64,000 nucleotides of DNA from NCBI RefSeq assembly GCF_009914755.1, contig NC_060926.1; one strand, 5' to 3'. Both the position numbers and the translations under genes were made by a program. This document shows positions 54,481-64,000 of the stretch, in pieces (position 1 is the first letter of the stretch; every line of letters starts with the position of its first letter). The notes under the pieces were generated by a model. The model had not been told where the DNA came from and made no database searches. It was given only the letters and a program-made list of their open reading frames with translations. The DNA is from the human T2T-CHM13v2.0 reference genome, Homo sapiens.

Positions 54481-55928
54481 TGGATCATCTGGTTGGGGGC
54501 TTGTGGCCCAGAGAAACTTTGACCTCTGGGGCAGTGTGCCTTCTAGTGATTGCCTCGGCATAGTGGACATGGGCAAGGGGGCAGCTTGTTTCTCATTGGA
54601 CAATCTTTTTTAAGGTGTCCTTGTAAACCACACTGATAACAAGCCCTACTGGGTGACTGGCCTGCTCCATTTTCTGTCCTCTCTGAACCACCAAGGTTTG
54701 TTTGTCTGAGGGCCATGACTAAGACTGCGGCCTTTCTCTGATCTCGCCTTTCCTCTTGGGCCTGTTCTTCTTGGTCCTTATTATAGAACACTGAGGTTGC
54801 CAGGTTTAATAATGCCTCCAGATTTTGTTCAGGGCTGAGGGCTTGCTTTTGGAGCTTTCTCCTGATATCTGCAGCTGATTGGGTAATAAATTTATCTTTT
54901 AGAATCAATTGACCCTCTAATGAGTGGGGTGACAGGGGAGTATATTTTCTTAAGGCCTCCAATAGCTGCTCAAGGAAGTCAGAAAGATTTTCTTCCTTTG
55001 CCTGAGTTATGGTAGATATCATTGAATAATTTATGGGCTTTTTCCTAATTCTCCTTAGTCCTTCTAGAACACAGGTCAACAGATGTTTATGACTCCAGTC
55101 CCCATGATCTGAGTCAAGGTCCCAGTGGGCATCCATACTGGGGATGGCTTGCTGACTGGTAGGGAATCTGTCCCTTTCTTTGGATGTCATTCTATCATTT
55201 AGTTGACTAAGATACCAGGTATCTCCAAACTCTCAGGCTGCAGCTAAAGCCGCATTCTTTTCATTAAAGGCCAGGGTTTGATCTAACAATAGCATGACAT
55301 CTCTCCAAGTGAGATCAAAGGTTTGCCCTAGACCCTGTAGAATATCTATATACCTATCAGGATCATCTGAAAATTTCCCCAGGTCTGCGTTGATCTGCTT
55401 TAAATCAGAGAGGGAGAAGGGGACATGTACACGGCTTGGGCCAAATTCCCCTCCCCCTACAGCTTGAAGGGGACATAACCGATAGTCCAGGGCTTTTTGT
55501 GGTCCTTTGGAGATTTCTTTGCTTATTTCCTTCTGGGCAAGGGAGATTAGATGAGGCTTATCATTAATAAGAAAGGGAACCATAGGGAGGCTAGGATATG
55601 GGGGTAAGCTGAAAGGTCCTCCTGTGGGATGTAAATTGCAAGCTTTGCATAGTTGTGTATTCTCCTTCAATGAAAAGAAAGCTTGGACATAAGGTATTTC
55701 ACTCCATTTGCCTTCCCTCTTACAGAAAAGGTCAAGCTGCAGGATAGTATTGTAATTTATACTTCCCTCAGGTGGCCATTTTTCCCCATCAGAGAAAGAA
55801 TATTGGGGCCAGGCAATAGTGCAGAAAAAAATGAGCCACCTGTTTTTCAGGGTTTGCAGGTCAAATTGGTCCCAATGGCTTAGGATGCATTTTAAGGACG
55901 AGCCTGTTGATGCCTGAGTGTTTCCCAT
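54480..55928 (-). pseudogene. ERV9 gag, one frame with nonsense mutations
   Basis: MGNTQAS... from 55928; TGA at 55233-55235; same frame continues to the NC CYQCGLQGHLKKDC. Confidence 0.9.
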
Positions 55929-58822
55929 CTGAAAGACAAAACTGCCCATGGTTTTGGATTGTTTGTTTCTCCCCCTGCCCAAGAACCTGCAATGGTCCCT
56001 GGACCCTGCTGATTGGAATAGTTGCACTCACTGACACAGCAGCAGAAACATCTCTTGCCCAAGGACCTGCAACAGTCCCTGGACCCTGCTGATCGGAATA
56101 GTTGCACCCACCGATGCAGCAGCAGAAACACTAGTTTTCCTCCTAGACCACAAAGAGGACCAAGGAAGATCAGATTTAGTGGTCCTTACTGATGCATTCT
56201 CGAAAACCTGCACCCTTGCCTGTCCTCCTAGACCCCAAAGAAGACTGAGAAAAATCAGATTTAGTGGCCCTTACCAACGCATTCTCAAAAACCTGTTAGA
56301 GTCCTAAGCATTCTCCTGTTAGTACTGGGATCTTACCCGTGTCCTATAAAGATGTTATGCCCCAAAAATGAAGTGGAGGGCCATACCCTGAGGGAGGGAA
56401 GGGATCTCCAGAGTTGGAAGAGTGATGCCTTTTGTCCTTATTTATATGAATAGTAAGGATACAATTTCTGAGGCTCCCCATATCCTAGCTTCAGGAATAG
56501 CTTTTGTTAGGCCTGCTTGTCTGAGGAGGGATCCTAAAATTCCAGATAGTCCCCCCATGATGGTGCTTTGGGCAAAAATTATGTCTTTCTGATTGGTGAG
56601 CCAGGGTGCCTAAAGAAGGTAACAGAGTCCTGAAGTTTATACTAGAAATCATTCTTACAGAAGAAACTAGAAAAGCACCAGAGACAGGGAGTGGTTTTTA
56701 GAAGCGGGACTAGCCTTGGAGAAGAGAGGCGAGAGGAAGTTTGTCTGACAGGCATTAGGACCCAGGAGGCAACGGTCAGGATAGATAGGATAGATGGGCG
56801 AGTCTCACTTGGGCGACATGACTTTGAGAGCTCCGCTCATGGCCATAGGTTCAACCAACTTGTTGTCAGGACCCCAGAGCTGAATGGCTTTCCTCTCTGT
56901 TGACCCTCAACTCAGCCCAGTATTACAGGAAAAGCAGAAGCTGGTTCCAGGCAAACCAACGCTCCCAACTCCGAAGAGTCGGGGATTGTTAGAGAGCCCT
57001 TCCCAAGAAAGCCTGACACCCGTGTCTTTAGTCCGGCAGCTGCGCTAGTTGCTTTTAACTGGCTGACAGGTGCCCGGTATTTAGCCCTCGAATTCTAAGG
57101 AAAAACAGGACAGAATAGCAAGTGAAAGGGGTCTGATGGTACTCACCACTTGGCAATAGGCAATAGTCCCTTCATGGTCACCAAAATGTGTCCAGAATTG
57201 GTTCCTTCCAGTGGGTTCTTGGTCTCGCTGACTTCAAGAATGAAGCCACGGACCCTTGCAGTGAGTGTTACAGTTCTTAAAGATGGTGTGTCCAGAGTTT
57301 GTTCCTTCAGATGTTCAGATGTGTCCAGAGTTTCTTCCTTCCGGTGGGTTTATGGTCTTACTGACTTCAGGAGTGAAGCTGCAGGCCTTCACAGTGAGTG
57401 TTACAGCTCTTAAAGGTGGTGCATACAGAGTTGTTTGTTACTCCTGGCAGGTTCGTGGTCTCACTGACTTCAGGAGTGAAGCCGCAGACCTTCACAGTGA
57501 GTGTTACAGCTCATAAAGGTAGTGCAGACCCAAAGAGTGAGCAGCAGCAAGATTTATTGTGAAGAGTGAGAAAACAAAGCTTCCACAGCATGGAAAGGGA
57601 CCCGAGCAGGTTGCCGCTGCTGGCTCAGGTGGCCAGTTTTTATTTCCTTATTTGGCCCTGCCCATGTCCTGCTGATTGGTCCATTTTACAGAGTGCTGGT
57701 TGGTCCATTTTTACAGAGTGCTGATTGGTGCATTTACAAACCTTTAGCTAGACACAGAGCACTGATTGCTGTGTTTACAATCCTTTAGTTAGACAGAAAA
57801 GTTCTCCAAGTCCCCACCCGACCCAAAAATCCAGCTGGCTTCACCTCTCAATGTGAGTTAGTGTTCTATTCATCATATTAGTTGTTACCTAGATACTTTG
57901 TTTTTTTCATTGTGTTATTGTTTTATAGGCCCTGTGAGATTTATGCTTTAAGGAAGTTCTAATTTGGTGCACATAAAGCTTTTGTTTAAATATTTAAAAC
58001 TCTTTTTAGCATTTCTGATAATGCTGGTTTAGTAGTGGCAATTTCTCTCAGCATTTGTTTGTCTGAAAAAAGACTTTATCTCTCCTTCATTTATGAAGCT
58101 TAGTTTTGCTGGATACAAAATTCTTGGCTGACAATTATTTTGTTTAAGGAAGGTAAAGATAGGACCCCAATCCCTTCTGGCTTGCAAGGTTTCTGTGAGA
58201 AATCTGCTGTTAGTCTGACAGGTTTTCCTTTATAGGTTACCTGATGTTTTTGTCACACAGTTCTTAAAATTCTTTCCTTCTTGTTGACTTTAGATAACCT
58301 AATGACTATGTGGCTAGGTGATAATCTTTTTGTAATGAATTTCCCAGAAGTTCTTTGAGCTTCTTATATTTGGGTATCTAGATCTCTAGCAAGGTCAGGG
58401 AAGCTTTCCTCAATTATTCCCTCAAACACGTTTTTCAAACTTTTAGACTTATCTTCTCCCTCAGGAATACCAATTATTCTCAAGTTTGGCTGTTTTACAT
58501 AATTTTATATTTCTTGGGGACTTTGTTCATTTCTTTTGGTCTTTTTTTTTTATCTTTGTCTGATTGGGTTAATTCAAATGCCTTGTCTTTAAGCTCTGAA
58601 ATTTTTTCTTCTAATTGTTCTAGTCTATTGTTGAAACTTTCCACCACATTTTGTATTCCCTAAGTATGCTTTCATTTCCAGAAGTTTTGATTAGTTTTTC
58701 TTTACGATATATACCCTCCAGAAATTTTTTCATTCATATCCTGAATTGGTTTTTTTAAATTTCTTTATGTTGGTTTTTACTTTTCTCTGGTATCTCCTTA
58801 AGTAATTAATGATCAACCTTCT

Positions 58823-59153
<331 letters not shown>

Positions 59154-59346
59154 CAACCTTCTGAATTCTTTGTCTGGTATTACAAAAATTTCATCTTGGT
59201 TTGGATTTATTGCTGGAAAGTTAGTGTGATCTTTTGGGGGTGTTACAGAACCCTGTTTTGTCATATTGCCAGAATTACTTTTCTGGTTCCTTCTCATTTG
59301 GGTAGACTATTTCTTCAAGTTATTCTTGAATTTATTTTTGATTTGA

Positions 59347-59643
<297 letters not shown>

Positions 59644-60974
59644 AACTATGTTTTTTTTTTATTTCTTTTTCTTCCCTCTTAAGGATCTGACTTTAATATT
59701 TATAGTTTATTTTAGCCTAATTTGATCCTTGGTTTTTAGGGGTGAAGACTTTTGGATTTTAGGAGTGAAGACTCTGTATGAGTTCGTTAGTTAGAGACAG
59801 TCCTTGTGTGCTGGCTTTCCCAGATCCTGGTTGTAGCAGTTACGTACTTGGTGTGTGGGAAGGTTTACTGTCTCCTACAGGGTTGGAATGGCAGGAATCT
59901 CTTTAAGCTTACCTCATTCTCTCGTGGGGTACTCTTTATTTATTTATTTAATTTTTCCCCAGTATTTTACTTACTGAGTTGATGATTCAGGCTTTGGACC
60001 AGTAGGGGAAGTATCCCTGGGTAGGCACCAGATGTAGCTAAAGTAGGTGGGTAGGCACCGGTTGTAGCTAAAGCAGGTGGGCAGAGATCCCAGCCTTGAT
60101 GAGAGTGCCTGGGAGAGCTCTCAATTAGATGTGCTGAGGTTTTGTCAGGGTGAAGGGTAGGAGCTACCTCAGGTCCCCCACTAGGCCAGCTGGAAAGCTA
60201 TCCACCTCCCAGCTTCACTCCTTTCCCAGTGTTCCAGCTATTCAGATCAGACAGGCAGTTATTTTCATCTGTAGAAATGTTGATGTTCCAAGTAGAGAGG
60301 AATTGTGACTGCCTGTCATGCAAACCTGAATCTGGGGAGTGCTCCTCCCGTGGGGATGCAATCACCCTGATTTGTTCCAGGAAGGCTGTCTATAGGTGCA
60401 TCAATGCTGCGTTCCTTTGGGAGAAGCCCCAGCTCTGTCTGCAGTGGCGTACCAGGGGGAACAAGGATCCCTTCTCTAAGACCCTTCACAATACCAGAGG
60501 CTGCCTGCCTATTGGGTAGAGGTGCAAACTTTCCCCCACTCTGCCCAGCACAGCAATTGTCTCTGCAATAGGAAACTTCCCACCAGTGAAAAGATCTGGG
60601 ACTCAAGCCCTGCCATTCAGATTCTTTTGTTCCACAGGGTATTCCCTTGATGTGATGTTCTTCCCCTTCCTCTAGGAATGGGACTTCCTGGAAGCCAGAC
60701 TACAGTGCTCTTCTGGGTCTAGCCACCCAGTGGGCCTACCAGACTCTGGGCTGGTGCTAGGGAATGTCTGCAAGGGATCCAGTGGTGTTACCTGTCTTCA
60801 AGACTCCCAGCAGTGAATACCAGCACCATCTCTGACAGAAGTGGGAGGGGAGTGATGCAAACTCTGCAAGATTCCTTGGTTGTAGATAGACTTAGAGTAT
60901 TGACTTTCTCAAATGCTGGTTATAATTATAGTGAACTTATCACGTGGACAGACGCAGGACTTCTGGTTAGCCAG

Positions 60975-61052
60975 GGTGTTGTAAGCAGTGGTGATAGCTG
61001 AGAATATGCAGCCGTTTTCTCCTTCCTGGGTACAGTGCTATTCTGCCTAGAG
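60975..61052 (+). other. CXCR2: Probable alternative non-coding first exon of CXCR2 (start approximate)
   Basis: Strong donor tagag|gtgagt at 61053. I recall the junction ...ttctgcctagag-ctctgactacc... from a CXCR2 transcript variant (memory, unverified). Confidence 0.6.
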
Positions 61053-61394
61053 GTGAGTTTTTGCCTGTCTCACAGAGTAGGCTGCAGCCTGCCACTTCTT
61101 TCAAAAGTTCTGTGGATTCTTTCAGCTTTCCTGTTCAGTTCCTGCATTCGTTCCTGGAGAAAAAAAAATTATAGTGTGAATCTCTACACGCTATTCTGTC
61201 CTTCCAGATGGGAGAGGCATGCTAATGCTGCCTCCAATCTGTTGTCTTGGGGGGAAAGAAAACAATTTGTTTTGTTTTTTTTTTAATGGATTTGCTGGGT
61301 TTAGTAACCCAGAGGTCATTGGGAACCTTGGCGAAAGTTATTTCAGTGGAGCAGTAGGAAGGAAGCCAGTTGCAGTGTCTTTGTTGAGCAGCAG

Positions 61395-61703
61395 AGGGGA
61401 GGTGAGGAAGTGGAGAGAGCAGCTGTGGTGGCTGAAGGGTGCTAGGACAGAGGGAGCATGATAAAGCCATAAGTAAGATGTGGTAGAAGGGAAAGAGCCA
61501 GGACAGAGGGGAGAGAAAGCAGGATCCTCAAGGACCAGAGAGGCAGTGGGTCCTACAGTCAGGTGCGGGGATTCAACAGAAACAGAAGGAGGGACGCTTC
61601 TCACTCTGACCCCGGAAAGAAGGAAGAAACTGCGTGCGAGTTCAGACAAGTCCGTTGGCGGGGGCTGGGATGCCTGCATCTTCCTTGTTAAAAAAGGAAG
61701 TGC
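61395..61703 (+). promoter_or_regulatory. CXCR2: CXCR2 TATA-less myeloid promoter (PU.1/ETS sites, GC box)
   Basis: GAGGAAGTG at ~61405-61413; GGCGGGGG at ~61658; AAAAAGGAAGTG at ~61691-61702, directly before the exon. Confidence 0.65.
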
Positions 61704-62044
61704 AGGTTCAAAACATTCAGAGACAGAAGGTGGATAGACAAATCTCCACCTTCAGACTGGTAGGCTCCTCCAGAAGCCATCAGACAGGAAGATGTGAAAA
61801 TCCCCAGCACTCATCCCAGAATCACTAAGTGGCACCTGTCCTGGGCCAAAGTCCCAGGACAGACCTCATTGTTCCTCTGTGGGAATACCTCCCCAGGAGG
61901 GCATCCTGGATTTCCCCCTTGCAACCCAGGTCAGAAGTTTCATCGTCAAGGTTGTTTCATCTTTTTTTTCCTATCTAACAGCTCTGACTACCACCCAACC
62001 TTGAGGCACAGTGAAGACATCGGTGGCCACTCCAATAACAGCAG
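61704..62044 (+). other. CXCR2: CXCR2 5'UTR exon (with internal acceptor at 61981); CDS lies beyond the window
   Basis: Matches my memory of the CXCR2 mRNA leader (aggttcaaaacattcagagacag...ccactccaataacagcag); donor cag|gtaggt; known RUFY4-CXCR2 synteny at human 2q35. Confidence 0.85.
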
Positions 62045-62184
62045 GTAGGTGACTTGTTCAGTCTGAGATGCTGGCAACATATTTCTAATGGAAGAGATCT
62101 GGAAACTTCAGCCTCCTCTGAGGCCCCTGAGAACTGGGGTGATGAAGTGTAGAAGCTTAGAGCTAAAGACAACTAAGTCTTCAC

Positions 62185-62735
<551 letters not shown>

Positions 62736-62792
62736 AGAATTAGAAGAAGCTCCCGTTTTCCAAAGGCACACAACAAGGCCCAGAAAGAATGA

Positions 62793-63118
<326 letters not shown>

Positions 63119-64000
63119 AAGCCAGTTTTTTAATTCACTCCACCCTGCATATAACCGCAGTGATCTCCATGGAAATGAAATTGACCTAAGGAGCATGAAG
63201 AAGGAGGCTGACTGGGAAATGTCAAATCTGGGCTCCCCTCTCTACATCCTTTGTATCTGACTTTCTGGGACACAGGGAGGTACCTAATGGAGCTCAGAAA
63301 CTTTAGGCTGGGATCCTGCTCCTTATTACAGTGAACAGGAGATAGGATTTGAGAGCAGATTTTTAGAAGTTTTTTAAACTGAAAACCTAGTTCAGCTGTG
63401 TCACTCTAGGTATGTTGCTTAACCTCTCAGAGTCTTCATTTCCTCTTCCAGAAAGTGCCTGCTTCGTGAGGTTATCCTGAGGATTAATTGATACAAATTC
63501 TGGAAAGCACTTTGCCCAGAAGCTAGAACCTGGTAGACACTCAACATTACAGCTAATATGACAATTAATATCCAGGTCAAAGTAAATTAGATGTCATCAA
63601 AGTCAGCCTTGAAAGCAGACCCACTGCCGACTGCTTTCCCTTGACTGGGGATGTAGTGAGAGAGGCAGCATGTTATCAGTGAATAAACTATTCCAGTAAT
63701 AATGATCACAACAATAAAGGTTAACATTGTACTTTATGTATGTTTTACGTGATTTACAAGCAATCCCTCATTTCATCCTCACCACAACCCCATGAGTTGG
63801 ATTCTGTATTGGCCCCATTTTACAGATGAGTAAACTGAGACTCAGAAAGGAAAAGTCACTTGCCCAGAATTGCTCAGCTAGCCCTGGTGTCATCTGCCTC
63901 TCTCCATATGTAATAAGCCTCTATCTGGTTTTAGCATCAACTGGCCAGGTGGCATTGCATTCTTCCCCAGCTTGGGAAAGAGAGGTGACAAAGACTAAGA

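Larger units (their letters stand above)
36825..57850 (-). mobile_element. ERV9 (HERV9/LTR12) provirus containing two nested insertions
   Basis: 5' LTR at 57187-57850; 3' LTR at 36825-37152 + 44398-44950; 4-bp TSD atgt (36821-36824, 57851-57854); Arg-type PBS TGGTGACCATGAAGGGAC; PPT at 44951-44963; gag, pro-pol and env fragments. Confidence 0.92.

Overview
Primate (almost certainly human) genomic DNA, not microbial. The first ~26 kb holds the complete coding sequence of RUFY4 on the + strand. Its 11 GT-AG coding exons total 1716 nt (571 aa) and encode a RUN domain, a coiled coil and a degenerate FYVE finger. About 30.9-61.3 kb is one nested retroelement stack. An old minus-strand L1PB is split by a solo LTR5, by an ERV1 LTR that itself contains a THE1 LTR, and by a ~21-kb ERV9/LTR12 provirus. 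That provirus contains a full-length L1PA carrying a ~1.15-kb 3' transduction and an internally deleted HML-3/MER9 provirus. The window ends with the promoter and 5'UTR exon(s) of CXCR2. The observations least explained by ordinary annotation are: a candidate decayed multi-exon gene on the minus strand just 3' of RUFY4; two templated copies of upstream RUFY4 sequence pasted into an intronic L2; the L1 3' transduction; an L1-antisense-derived alternative CXCR2 first exon; and very long UG- and UC-rich tracts before RUFY4 exons 9 and 10. Gene names and repeat subfamilies are recognised from memory of consensus sequences, not from database searches.
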